The notes beneath the pieces are model-generated. The model did no database searches. It had not been told where the DNA came from and saw nothing but the letters and a program-made list of their open reading frames with translations. Shown piece after piece: positions 25,733-35,165 of a stretch of DNA of 64,000 nucleotides. Origin of the DNA: Deltaproteobacteria bacterium (lineage in GTDB: Bacteria; Myxococcota_A; UBA9160; SMWR01); contig JAFDEI010000006.1 of assembly GCA_019310425.1 (NCBI GenBank), positions 1,034-65,033 on the forward strand, read 5' to 3'. The first letter of the stretch is position 1, and the number at the start of each line of letters is the position of its first letter. The position numbers were made by a program, and so were the translations under genes.

Positions 25733-27550
25733 ATGGCACGAACGAAGGTCGCGTACGACGAGAAGGCGATCCAGACCCTGGACGCGCTCGAGCACATCCG
25801 TCTGCGCAGCGGGATGTACATCGGCCGTCTGGGCGACGGCAGCCATCCGCTCGACGGCATCTACGTGATGCTGAAGGAGGTGATCGACAATGCAGTCGAC
25901 GAATTCATCATGGGCTGCGGCAGGCGCGTCGAAGTCGAGCGCGACGGCGATTCGATCACTGTGCGTGATTTCGGCCGGGGCATCCCGCTCGGGAAGCTCG
26001 TCGATTGCGTCAGCCAGATCAACACGGGTGGCAAGTACAACGACGACGTATTCCAGTTCTCCGTCGGCCTGAACGGTGTCGGTAGCAAGGCCGTGAACGC
26101 GCTCTCGGCCGACTTCGAGGTGACGAGTTGGCGGGACGGGAAGAGCCGAAAGGCGACTTTCGAGCGTGGGCGTCTGAAGACCAACAAGCCGGGTCGGGAC
26201 GCGGATGCAACGCCCGGCACCCGGGTGCGCTTCACCCCGGACCGCGAGATATTCTCCGATTTTGCTTGGAACGAGGAGTTCATCGCGCACCGTCTGAACT
26301 ACTACGCGTTCCTGAACGCGGGTCTCACGCTTCATTACAACGGCACGCGTTTCCACAGCAAGGGTGGGCTGGCCGACCTGCTCGCCCAGGAAATCGGCGA
26401 TGACCCGCCGCTCTACGATCCGATCCACTGTCGCCTCGAACGGATCGAATTCGCGATCACCCACGCCAATAGCTATGGCGAGACCTACTACAGCTTCGTG
26501 AATGGCCAGTACACGAACGACGGTGGCACGCACCAGAGCGCGTTTCGCGAGGGCTTTCTCAAGGGAGTGAACGAATTCGCGAAGCAGAACTTTGCGGGCG
26601 AGGACGTGCGGGACGGCATCATCGGGGCGATCGCGCTGAAGCTGCAGGATCCAGTCTTCGATAGCCAGACCAAGAACAAATTGGGTTCGACCGAGGTCCG
26701 AGCGTGGGTCGTGCCGCTCGTCAAGGACGAGATCGTGCTGTGGTTGCACAAGAACCCCGAGGCTGCCGAGCGGCTGGTCGGCAAGATCAAGACGAACGAG
26801 CGCATCCGGAAGGAGTTGGCTTCGATCAAGAAGGAGGCGCGAGAGCGGGCCAGGAAGGTCGCGATCCGAATCCCGAAGCTGACCGACTGCAAGTTCCACT
26901 TCGACGATGCCAAGGCGAAGCGGCGTTCCGAGACGTCGCTCTTCATCACCGAGGGCGATTCGGCCGGTGGTGTGATGGTCCAGTGTCGCGACGTCTACAC
27001 TCAGGCGATCTTCGCGCTCAAGGGGAAGCCGCTCAATTGCCACGGGCTCAAGCGCGACGCGATCTACAAGAATGAAGAACTCTACAATCTGATGCGCGCG
27101 CTCGGCATCGAGGAAGGTGTCGAGGGCTTGCGATACAACAAGATCGTGATCGCGACCGACGCCGATGTCGACGGCATGCACATCCGCAATCTGCTGCTCA
27201 CCTACTTTCTTCGCTACTTCGAGGACCTCGTGATCAAGGGCCACGTCTATATCCTCGAAACGCCATTGTTTCGGGTGAGGAACAAGCAGGTGACCCGCTA
27301 CTGCTATTCGGATGTCGAAAAAGAATCGGCGGAGGCTGAGATTCGGGGCGCCGAGGTCACGCGTTTCAAAGGGCTCGGAGAGATCAGTCCGAACGAATTC
27401 GGTCAGTTCATCGGCGACGAGGGGCGGCTCTCGCCCGTGAGTGTCCAGAACATCAGCGAAGTGAGCCACTGCCTCGATTTCTTCATGGGCAAGAATACGC
27501 CCGAGCGCAAGGCGTTCATCATCGACAACCTCGTGACGAGCGTCGTCTAG
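25733..27550 (+). CDS. parE: type IIA DNA topoisomerase subunit B (ParE/GyrB-like, 605 aa)
   Basis: GHKL ATPase motifs (EVIDNAVDE, DFGRGIP, GLNGVGSKAVNALS). Toprim motifs EGDSAGG and IATDADVDGMHI. Confidence 0.85.
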   Translation: MARTKVAYDEKAIQTLDALEHIRLRSGMYIGRLGDGSHPLDGIYVMLKEVIDNAVDEFIMGCGRRVEVERDGDSITVRDFGRGIPLGKLVDCVSQINTGGKYNDDVFQFSVGLNGVGSKAVNALSADFEVTSWRDGKSRKATFERGRLKTNKPGRDADATPGTRVRFTPDREIFSDFAWNEEFIAHRLNYYAFLNAGLTLHYNGTRFHSKGGLADLLAQEIGDDPPLYDPIHCRLERIEFAITHANSYGETYYSFVNGQYTNDGGTHQSAFREGFLKGVNEFAKQNFAGEDVRDGIIGAIALKLQDPVFDSQTKNKLGSTEVRAWVVPLVKDEIVLWLHKNPEAAERLVGKIKTNERIRKELASIKKEARERARKVAIRIPKLTDCKFHFDDAKAKRRSETSLFITEGDSAGGVMVQCRDVYTQAIFALKGKPLNCHGLKRDAIYKNEELYNLMRALGIEEGVEGLRYNKIVIATDADVDGMHIRNLLLTYFLRYFEDLVIKGHVYILETPLFRVRNKQVTRYCYSDVEKESAEAEIRGAEVTRFKGLGEISPNEFGQFIGDEGRLSPVSVQNISEVSHCLDFFMGKNTPERKAFIIDNLVTSVV

Positions 27551-27560
27551 GAGAGGCGGG

Positions 27561-29567
27561 ATGGCACAGCTCGACTCCCTGATGCGCCAGAATTTCATCG
27601 ATTACGCCAGCTATTCGATCCTCGATCGTGCGATTCCGGATGTGCGCGACGGGCTCAAGCCCGTCCAGCGGCGCATTCTCCACACGCTGTTCGAGATGCA
27701 CGACGGTCGTTATCACAAGGTCGCGAATACGATCGGCGAGACGATGAAGTTGCACCCGCACGGCGATGCCTCGATCGGCAGCGCGTTGGTGGTGCTCGCC
27801 AACAAGGACTACTTCATCGACAAGCAGGGAAACTACGGCAGCGTTCTGACCGGGCACCCCGCCGCAGCGGCTCGCTACATCGAGTGCCGGCTCACGCCAC
27901 TCGCGCTCGCGACGATCTTCAACACCGACCTCACGGATTTCGTCGACAGTTACGATGGGCGCAGCCGTGAGCCGGTCTTCCTGCCCGCGAAGCTGCCGGT
28001 GGCGCTGATGCTCGGCACCGAGGGAATCGCGGTCGGAATGGCGACCCGAATCCTGCCGCATAATCTCGTCGAACTCTGGCAGGCGCAGATTGCCTGCTTG
28101 CGCGAAGAGCCGTTCGCCCTGTTCCCGGACTTCCCGCAGGGCGGGCAGATGGATGCGTCGGAGTATGCAGACGGTTTTGGAAAGGTCGAGATTCGGGCGA
28201 AGATCGAAGCGGCCGGCGATAAATGCATCGTGATTCGCGAAGTTCCATATGGAACGACGAGCGAGAGTCTGATTGCCTCGATCGAGGCGGCCGTGCAGAA
28301 GGGCCGTGTGAAGGTCGCATCCATCGACGATTTCACCACCGACACGATCGAGATCGAGCTGAAGCTGCCGCGGGGCGTGACTTCCGACGAGGTGATTCCC
28401 CAGCTCTACGCCTACACCGATTGTGGCCTGTCGGTGTCTTCGAACATGGTGCTCATCCGCGGCGACCGGCCGGTGCAGACGACGGTCAGTGAAGTGCTCG
28501 TGGGCCACACCGCGCAGCTGCGCGAGCAGATTCGTGCTGAGTTCGAGCTGGAGCAGCGTCGGATCACGGATCGCAAACACTGGCTCACGCTCGAACAGCT
28601 CTTCGTCGAAAAGCGTGTCTACAAGAAGATCGAGAAGGCCAAGACCGAGAAGGCGGTGAAGAGCGCAGTCGCGAGTGGAATGAAGGAGCATGCGGCGCTC
28701 TTTATTCGGCAGATGGTCGACGCTGACATCAAGCGCCTGCTCGAGCTGCGGATTCGTCGGATCTCATTGTTCGACATCGAGCAGAACCGCGGTGAGATCG
28801 AGGAGTGCGATCATCGCCTTGCCGAGATCGACAAGCTGCTCTCCGATCTGACCGGCACGACGATCGATTACCTCGAGGGGCTGATCGAGCGCTTCGGCGG
28901 CGAGTATCCGCGTCGCACGCAGCATACGAGCTTCGAGGTGATCGAGAAGAAGGCCGTCGCGCAACAGACGATCAAGCTGATGTACGACCGTGAGTCGGGA
29001 TTCTTCGGAACGGCGGTGAAGAGCGGGAATCGAGAGATGAGAGTCAGCGAATTCGACCTGGTCCTCGCGATTACAGACGACGGCGTCTACCGGATCATGA
29101 CACCGCCCGAAAAGCTGCTGTTGTCGGGCAAGTTGCTCTACCTGGAGGTATTCGATCCAGAGGTCGGACTCGAATTCATCGTCATCTACCGCGACCTACA
29201 GAAGAACGCGTTCGGCAAGCGTGTGCACGTTCACAAGTTCATCCGAAATCGTGAGTATCGGCTGGTCAAGGAGAAGGCCGGCAAGGTCGATCTGCTGTTG
29301 ACGAAAGGTGAGGGCGGCACGTTGATGCTCGATTATGTCCGTGCACCGCGGCAGCGGATCCGCAGCGGGAAGTTCGACCTGGCGAAGCTGGTACCGATGG
29401 GCGTATCGGCCCGCGGTGTGCGGCTGGCACCGAAACCGGTCAGCAAGCTCAGATTGGTGCCCAAGAAGGCGCCGCGGTCGAAGCCGAAGCCGGGGAAGGG
29501 CTCCGGCGGCAAATCATCGGAGAGCTCGAGCGGGCAAGGCGTCGGGCGTCAGACTTCGCTCTTTTGA
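27561..29567 (+). CDS. parC: type IIA DNA topoisomerase subunit A (ParC/GyrA-like, 668 aa)
   Basis: DGLKPVQRRIL, HPHGDASI and the active-site region AAARYIECRL. No GyrA-box seen. Short C-terminal region ends in a K/S/G-rich tail. Confidence 0.85.
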   Translation: MAQLDSLMRQNFIDYASYSILDRAIPDVRDGLKPVQRRILHTLFEMHDGRYHKVANTIGETMKLHPHGDASIGSALVVLANKDYFIDKQGNYGSVLTGHPAAAARYIECRLTPLALATIFNTDLTDFVDSYDGRSREPVFLPAKLPVALMLGTEGIAVGMATRILPHNLVELWQAQIACLREEPFALFPDFPQGGQMDASEYADGFGKVEIRAKIEAAGDKCIVIREVPYGTTSESLIASIEAAVQKGRVKVASIDDFTTDTIEIELKLPRGVTSDEVIPQLYAYTDCGLSVSSNMVLIRGDRPVQTTVSEVLVGHTAQLREQIRAEFELEQRRITDRKHWLTLEQLFVEKRVYKKIEKAKTEKAVKSAVASGMKEHAALFIRQMVDADIKRLLELRIRRISLFDIEQNRGEIEECDHRLAEIDKLLSDLTGTTIDYLEGLIERFGGEYPRRTQHTSFEVIEKKAVAQQTIKLMYDRESGFFGTAVKSGNREMRVSEFDLVLAITDDGVYRIMTPPEKLLLSGKLLYLEVFDPEVGLEFIVIYRDLQKNAFGKRVHVHKFIRNREYRLVKEKAGKVDLLLTKGEGGTLMLDYVRAPRQRIRSGKFDLAKLVPMGVSARGVRLAPKPVSKLRLVPKKAPRSKPKPGKGSGGKSSESSSGQGVGRQTSLF

Positions 29568-30208
29568 GCGGGCGTCGTCTGGTGCTCGTGGGTCGTGTCG
29601 TCGCGGGGCTGCTGCGACTACTGGGGGCGAGCTGGCGGGTTCGCAGCGAAGGCATAGCGCCGAGTGCAACGCGCAGCCTGGGGGCAACCTGGCACGGAGG
29701 CCTGGTGCCCGTCGCACACCGATTTCGTGACAGTGGAATTGCGGTTGCCATCAGCCGTAGCCGCGACGGGGATCTTGCGGCCGCAGTGCTCGAGGGACTC
29801 GGATACCCGGACCCGCCGCGCGGGTCGAGTTCACGCGGCGGAGTGGTTGCCCTGCGCGCCTTGCTGAATCGCCAAACCGCGGGCGACACCGTAGGGATCG
29901 TCACTGACGGCCCTCGTGGCCCTGCTCGTGTATCGAAGCCCGGCATCATCGGGCTCGCGCGTCTGGCTAGGGCGCCGATCGTACCGATCGGCGTCGCCGC
30001 TCGGCCGGCCCTGCGGATCGGCAGCTGGGACCGGTTGATGTTGCCCTTGCCGTTCGCGGCCGTCGCGTTCCACTTCGGTGCCCCGGTCGTCGTGCCGCGG
30101 GATTCCGACCCGGAAGCGGTCGATCAGGCCCGGCAGGCGCTCGACCGTGCGCTGGCTGAATCGACGAAGCGCGCTTCGGATTCTCTCGCTCGCCGCCGGA
30201 TGGCGTAG
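29564..30208 (+). CDS. DUF374-like lysophospholipid acyltransferase (LPLAT) superfamily protein
   Basis: TTG start overlaps the parC stop. The SRSRDGDLAA ... VTDGPRGPARVSKPGII ... PIVPIG pattern is typical of DUF374 proteins. Confidence 0.6.
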   Translation: MSGRRLVLVGRVVAGLLRLLGASWRVRSEGIAPSATRSLGATWHGGLVPVAHRFRDSGIAVAISRSRDGDLAAAVLEGLGYPDPPRGSSSRGGVVALRALLNRQTAGDTVGIVTDGPRGPARVSKPGIIGLARLARAPIVPIGVAARPALRIGSWDRLMLPLPFAAVAFHFGAPVVVPRDSDPEAVDQARQALDRALAESTKRASDSLARRRMA

Positions 30209-30266
30209 ACTCGGCCGTCCGTATTTCACTGCGGCCGAAGTCGGAGCCGGAAAGGACGGGGGTGGT

Positions 30267-31241
30267 ATGAAGGTGGACAGCTCGATCCTGGTTTCGAATC
30301 CGCACGACGCAGGGGCGGTTGCGCGGGGTCTCGAGGAACTCGGTTACGACGGGGGATTCACGTTCGAGGGTCGGCACGACCCGTTCCTGCCGCTCTCCAT
30401 CGCGGCGGAACACACCGAGTCGCTCACGCTTGCGACCGCGGTCGCGATCGCGTTCGCGCGCAATCCGATGCTGCTCGCGAACCTCGGTTACGACCTGCAG
30501 CTGCAATCCGGCGGTCGTTTCATTCTCGGCCTCGGATCGCAGATCCGGCCCCATATCGAGCGCCGCTTCAGCGCCGTGTGGTCGCGCCCGGCCGATCGAA
30601 TGCGCGAGATGGTGCTCGCGATTCGGGCGATCTGGCGTAGCTGGCACGACGACGCCAAGCTGGATTTTCGCGGTGATTTCTACACCCACACGCTGATGAC
30701 GCCGGTCTTCAACCCAGGGCCGAACCCCCATGGGCTGCCGCCGATCTTCGTGGCGGGAATCGGGCCGAAGATGACGGCGGCCGTGGGAGAGGTGGCGGAC
30801 GGATTCTTCGTGCATCCGTTCCACACGCCGAAATTCATCGAAGAGGTGACCTTGCCCGCACTCGAGCGGGGCTTTGCGGCGTCGGGACGGACGCGTGATG
30901 AGGAGTTCGAGAACGCGAAGAACGTGGCTCGTGCCCAGTTGTCCTTCTATGGCTCGACGCCCGCCTACAGGGGTGTGCTCGATTGTCACGGTTGGGGGGA
31001 TCTGCATCTCGAGCTGAATCGGTTGTCGAAGACCGGGGGCTGGCTCCAGATGGCCGCCTTGATCGACGACGAGGTACTCGAGACGATCGCTGTCGTCGGT
31101 GAACCCCACGAGATTGCGGGGAAACTGCTCGATCGTTGCGGCTCGTTCGCCGATCGACTGAGTCTGGTCGCGGTTTACGCTCCCGACGCGGGGCGCTGGC
31201 TGGATGTAGTTCGTGCGATCCAGGGGGCGGAGCGGACGTGA
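30267..31241 (+). CDS. luciferase-like monooxygenase (LLM) class F420-dependent oxidoreductase
   Basis: 324 aa from ATG 30267. LLM blocks (LATAVAIAFARNP, RFILGLGSQ) and the typical C-terminal AVVGEPHEIAGKL. Confidence 0.75.
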   Translation: MKVDSSILVSNPHDAGAVARGLEELGYDGGFTFEGRHDPFLPLSIAAEHTESLTLATAVAIAFARNPMLLANLGYDLQLQSGGRFILGLGSQIRPHIERRFSAVWSRPADRMREMVLAIRAIWRSWHDDAKLDFRGDFYTHTLMTPVFNPGPNPHGLPPIFVAGIGPKMTAAVGEVADGFFVHPFHTPKFIEEVTLPALERGFAASGRTRDEEFENAKNVARAQLSFYGSTPAYRGVLDCHGWGDLHLELNRLSKTGGWLQMAALIDDEVLETIAVVGEPHEIAGKLLDRCGSFADRLSLVAVYAPDAGRWLDVVRAIQGAERT

Positions 31242-31278
31242 AGGGCGACGACGTTGTCGTAACGATGCGGGGGGGGCG

Positions 31279-32295
31279 ATGCGAATCCTGGTGACCGGGG
31301 GGACCGGGATGGTGGGCTGCCACACCGTGGCGGCGCTCTCGGCGGCGGGGCACGACGTGCGCTTGCTGGTTCGGAACCCCGATCGTGTCGGGCGGGCGCT
31401 GGATCCGCTCGGAGTCCGGGGTCTCGATCAGGTCGTCGGTGATGTCACGGACCCGGAGGCGGTGGAACGGGCCGTGTCGGGCTGTGACGCGGTCGTCCAC
31501 GCGGCTGCGGTTTTTACACTCGATCGGCGACGCGACGACGAGATGATGCACGTGAACGTGCGTGGTGCCGAGATCGTGTTCGACGCGGCTCTGCGTGCGA
31601 AGCTCGATCCGATCGTCCATGTCTCGAGCGTTTCGGCGCTGTTCCCGCCGGCGGGCGACCGCTTCGACCCGGACGAAGCAGTGAAGTGCCCCAAGGACGC
31701 CTACGCGCGGTCGAAGGCCGAGGCCGAGCGAATCGCCCGCCATCACCAGGATGCCGGTGCCCCGATCGTCTGCGTCTATCCGGGAAGCGTCTGGGGGCCT
31801 TGCGACCCGACCCTGGCTGACGGGATCGAAGTCCTGATGGGATTCGTGAAACTGGGCATCATCCCGATCGTCCCGGGTGGAATTCCGATCGTCGACGTCC
31901 GCGACCTCGCGGCCTTGCACCTCGCGGCGATGGAGCCGGGCCGTGGGCCGCGGCGCTACATGGCAGGTGGCAGCTTCCTCAATACTGCGGAACTGACCGA
32001 CACGCTGAACGAACTGACCGGTCGCAGGCTGCGCAAGTTTCACCTCTCGGGCGCCTTGTTTCGCGGCATCGGGCGTGTCGGGGATGCCGTCCGGCGCAGC
32101 ATCGGCTTCGACATCGGGCTCACCTACGAAGCAACGGTCACGTTGACGCGCGGAGTGCCCTGCGACGACTCGCGGGTCTTCGAGGATTTCGGCATCCGCT
32201 TTCGGCCCGTGGCGGAGACGTTTCGCGACTCGCTGCGATGGATGTACGCCGAGGGGATACTGAGCCGGCGACAGGCGGGCGACCTGGCGGGGTGA
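31279..32295 (+). CDS. NAD-dependent epimerase/dehydratase family SDR
   Basis: MRILVTGGTGMVGCH Rossmann motif and YARSK catalytic motif. Confidence 0.8.
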   Translation: MRILVTGGTGMVGCHTVAALSAAGHDVRLLVRNPDRVGRALDPLGVRGLDQVVGDVTDPEAVERAVSGCDAVVHAAAVFTLDRRRDDEMMHVNVRGAEIVFDAALRAKLDPIVHVSSVSALFPPAGDRFDPDEAVKCPKDAYARSKAEAERIARHHQDAGAPIVCVYPGSVWGPCDPTLADGIEVLMGFVKLGIIPIVPGGIPIVDVRDLAALHLAAMEPGRGPRRYMAGGSFLNTAELTDTLNELTGRRLRKFHLSGALFRGIGRVGDAVRRSIGFDIGLTYEATVTLTRGVPCDDSRVFEDFGIRFRPVAETFRDSLRWMYAEGILSRRQAGDLAG

Positions 32296-32298
32296 GCC

Positions 32299-33108
32299 TC
32301 AGTCGGGCCACTCGGGCCAGTCCTTCGTGACGCTCGATGTCCACTCCGGGGTCCGGCGTTCGAGGAATGCCATCACGCCCTCGATTGCATCGGGGCGGCC
32401 CATCAGGTGATGATGCAGCTCGGTCTCGCGGTGCCCGACCTGCTGCCAGCTGAGTCCGGGGCTCTCCCACAGCAAGCGCTTGGCGATCGCGACCGAAAGC
32501 GGGGCCGTCGCTCTGGCGATCTCTGCCGCGATGACCCGCGCGGCCGGGAGCACCTCTGCGGCGGGTAGAATGCGGCTCGCGATGCCGATCGTTCCGGCCT
32601 CTTCACCCGAGAGTTTTCGGCCCGTGAGCAGCAGGTCTGCGGCGCGTTCGATTCCCACCAGGCGTGGAAGCGTCCAATGCGAGTAGCCGTCGGGCATCAT
32701 GCCGCGTCTGACCTGGAGCACGCCGTATTTCCCCTCTGTGGCGAGGATTCGGAGGTCGCATTGGAGCGCCAACGTGAGCCCGATGCCGATTGCGTGCCCG
32801 TTGACCGCTGCGATCACCGGTTTGCGCACCATCCATGCGGGCGGATCGACACCCGCCGCACTGAAGCCTTCCGGATCCTGTTTCGCGAAGGTCTCCTCGC
32901 CTGCGCTCATGTCCGCGCCTACACAAAACGCTTTGCCGGCGCCGGTGAGGACGATCGCGCGCACCGCGTCGTCTTCGTCGCATTCGCGGTAGGCCCGGCC
33001 GAGTTCTTCACCCATCAGACCGCTGAACGCATTCGATGCCTCGGGCCGGTGTAGTTCGATGATCGCGACCCCAGCATCGATATTTACTCGGATATCCGAG
33101 TAGCTCAT
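32299..33108 (-). CDS. enoyl-CoA hydratase/isomerase (crotonase) family protein
   Basis: Crotonase blocks (LHRPEASNAF, LTGAGKAFCVGADM, PVIAAVNGHAIGIG). ATG 33108 overlaps the upstream stop (ATGA). Confidence 0.85.
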   Translation of the reverse strand: MSYSDIRVNIDAGVAIIELHRPEASNAFSGLMGEELGRAYRECDEDDAVRAIVLTGAGKAFCVGADMSAGEETFAKQDPEGFSAAGVDPPAWMVRKPVIAAVNGHAIGIGLTLALQCDLRILATEGKYGVLQVRRGMMPDGYSHWTLPRLVGIERAADLLLTGRKLSGEEAGTIGIASRILPAAEVLPAARVIAAEIARATAPLSVAIAKRLLWESPGLSWQQVGHRETELHHHLMGRPDAIEGVMAFLERRTPEWTSSVTKDWPEWPD

Positions 33109-34166
33109 GCCGGGTTCTCCGTTCTCGCGGATCTTCGCCAATGGAAAGCCGCGAATGCGAGAGCGAATAGCACGGTGGCTGCGGCTGCTGTGAGAATGAT
33201 GCGGGCTTGAGGATCCGTTCGGGGTTCAGCCCCGGGCACGATTGCGACATTTCGCGGAAGGCGAAGTTTGTCGCCGGTACCGATGTCTTTCGAGGAAATC
33301 GCGCTGCGGTCGCCACTGCTCAGGTCTACGCGATAGACGGCCCAGGTTCCGAGGTCGACCACGATCAGGTTGCCGTCGGCGGACTGCTCGATTCCCCAAG
33401 GGTCCTTCAGCACCGGCCCTTCGCCGCGTTCAGCTGAAGCGATGAGTCGGCGGTCACCGGTCTCGGTATCGATGAAGACGATTTCGGCGTTCTTGCGATC
33501 GCTGATCGCGATATTGCCGTCGGCGAGCAGCGCCATCCCGAAGGGTGCCTTGAGCGGGTGTCCGGTGCCGACTTCGTTCGAGGAGACGGTCGATCGATCT
33601 CCGGTCTTCGGATCGACCCGAATCACCATCGAGTTGGCCTTCGAATTAACGAGTAGTGTTCCCACGATCTCGAGCGCGATCTCGTGTGGGAAGATCAGCG
33701 GCACTCCAGAACCCACGCCGTCTCCGGTCACGACGCGTCGTGCACCGGAGGTGAGGTCGACATGGAGGATGCGGTGGGGTTTGGTCTCGGCCGCGTAGGC
33801 GCCTCCAGCGCCATCGGGTGTGATGCCCCGCATGGCACCGATCGGGGGGCCGCTACCGATGTTGCGGTCGGTCAGGCGCGTGCGCGTGCCGGTGGTTGGA
33901 TCGATTTCGACGATCGCGCCCTGGTTCATGTCGGCGACCAGGATGCGCCCCTGCTCGTCGATTTTGATGTCCCACGGAAACCCGATTCTCGCGACCCCAT
34001 TTCGTTCCCACTTCGAGATCGTCTGTCGCGCGCCGGTATCGGGGTCGACGTGGACGATCGCCTTCGCATTGGTGTCGATCACGACGAGGTCGCCCGGGCT
34101 CAGCGTGATCGCGGCCGCGGGGGCGGTGACGAGCAATAGAGCCAGGCTGGCAGCGGCGATGCGCAT
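33105..34166 (-). CDS. NHL/beta-propeller repeat protein with signal peptide and C-terminal TM anchor
   Basis: Repeated ...P.GI..D..G.I.V.D... units (about 6). N-terminal signal AASLALLLVTAPAAA. C-terminal ILTAAAATVLFALAFAAFHWRRSAR. Confidence 0.6.
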   Translation of the reverse strand: MRIAAASLALLLVTAPAAAITLSPGDLVVIDTNAKAIVHVDPDTGARQTISKWERNGVARIGFPWDIKIDEQGRILVADMNQGAIVEIDPTTGTRTRLTDRNIGSGPPIGAMRGITPDGAGGAYAAETKPHRILHVDLTSGARRVVTGDGVGSGVPLIFPHEIALEIVGTLLVNSKANSMVIRVDPKTGDRSTVSSNEVGTGHPLKAPFGMALLADGNIAISDRKNAEIVFIDTETGDRRLIASAERGEGPVLKDPWGIEQSADGNLIVVDLGTWAVYRVDLSSGDRSAISSKDIGTGDKLRLPRNVAIVPGAEPRTDPQARIILTAAAATVLFALAFAAFHWRRSARTENPA

Positions 34167-34238
34167 TCGAGGTTCCTCGTCGTAGGCGGTGTCGGGTCGT
34201 GGCATAATACACGCAAGCAGTGAACATGGAGAAAGCCG

Positions 34239-34565
34239 ATGTTGGATCGCTTGAATCAGCGCGAGCGCATGCGCCTGATGAAATTCGTGTGCTCGTTCGC
34301 ATGGGCGGATCTCGAAATCCGGCCCGAGGAGCGAGATTTCGTCAAGAACCTGATCGGACGCCTCACGCTGGACGACGACGAGCAGGTGAGGGTATCTGGT
34401 TGGCTCGAAGTACCTCCCGATATCGAGTCGATCGACCCGACATTGGTGCCTCCCGAACACCGGCGGATCTTTCTCGAGGAAATCGAGGGAGTGATCGAAT
34501 CCGACGGCGAGATCGCACCCGAAGAACGCGAGAACTTTCGGATCTTCGAGGCGCTGATCGGGTGA
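34239..34565 (+). CDS. TerB-like (tellurite-resistance TerB family) small protein
   Basis: 108 aa. The FVCSFAWADLEIRPEERDFV ... VIESDGEIAPEEREN pattern is typical of TerB-type two-repeat helical proteins. Confidence 0.5.
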   Translation: MLDRLNQRERMRLMKFVCSFAWADLEIRPEERDFVKNLIGRLTLDDDEQVRVSGWLEVPPDIESIDPTLVPPEHRRIFLEEIEGVIESDGEIAPEERENFRIFEALIG

Positions 34566-34580
34566 CCGTGCGCCTGCGTG

Positions 34581-35165
34581 TCAGCGAATCCAACCCGGTA
34601 GGCAGCCTGCCCTGCGGCACTCGCGTTGCAGGCCGCTGTCGAGGTATTCGCGGATCGGTTGCTGCCGCTCGAGGTTCTGCTGGTATTCGGCCCGAATCTT
34701 GTCGCACGAGACGGTTCGCTTGATACCTGTTTCGTCGCGCCCGACGACAACTGCGCCGCGATTGCAGCCCGTCACGAAACGCGAGAGGTACTCGCTGCGT
34801 TCCTCGAGCACGCGTAGCTCGCGTTCCTTCACGATCTTCTTCTCCTGCCAGTGATGCCTCATCGCCGTCTGTTCGTTTGCGGGGGAGAGGTTCGGGCGAC
34901 GCTTGACCCATGGTGAATCGGCGGCGTGAGAAGGCGGTGCTTCGGAACGGTGCGTCTGGAGTGCACCGGAAGGTTCGTACGTGGCTGCCCCCGGGCATAT
35001 CGACTCGTTGTCGGTAAAGACCAGACCGCCATCGGGTCCAATGCAGCGATACAGGTCCGCATGCGCGGGTGCCGCTTCCCACAGCAGCGCAGCGAAGCTG
35101 AGCGCTAAGACGCTCTTGACGCGTTGCTTCAGCGCTCTTCGCTCGGAGCTACGGCTCAGCGCCAC
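34581..35165 (-). CDS. DUF4124 domain-containing exported protein
   Basis: After a signal peptide comes LYRCIGPDGGLVFTD, the DUF4124 signature. The proposed GTG 35165 start overlaps the upstream gene end by 10 nt; start uncertain. Confidence 0.5.
   Translation of the reverse strand: MALSRSSERRALKQRVKSVLALSFAALLWEAAPAHADLYRCIGPDGGLVFTDNESICPGAATYEPSGALQTHRSEAPPSHAADSPWVKRRPNLSPANEQTAMRHHWQEKKIVKERELRVLEERSEYLSRFVTGCNRGAVVVGRDETGIKRTVSCDKIRAEYQQNLERQQPIREYLDSGLQRECRRAGCLPGWIR

Noticed and set aside
25445-27598. 717-aa ORF antisense to the ParE-like gene
   Set aside because: Shadow of a strongly supported GHKL/Toprim coding frame. No recognisable domains.
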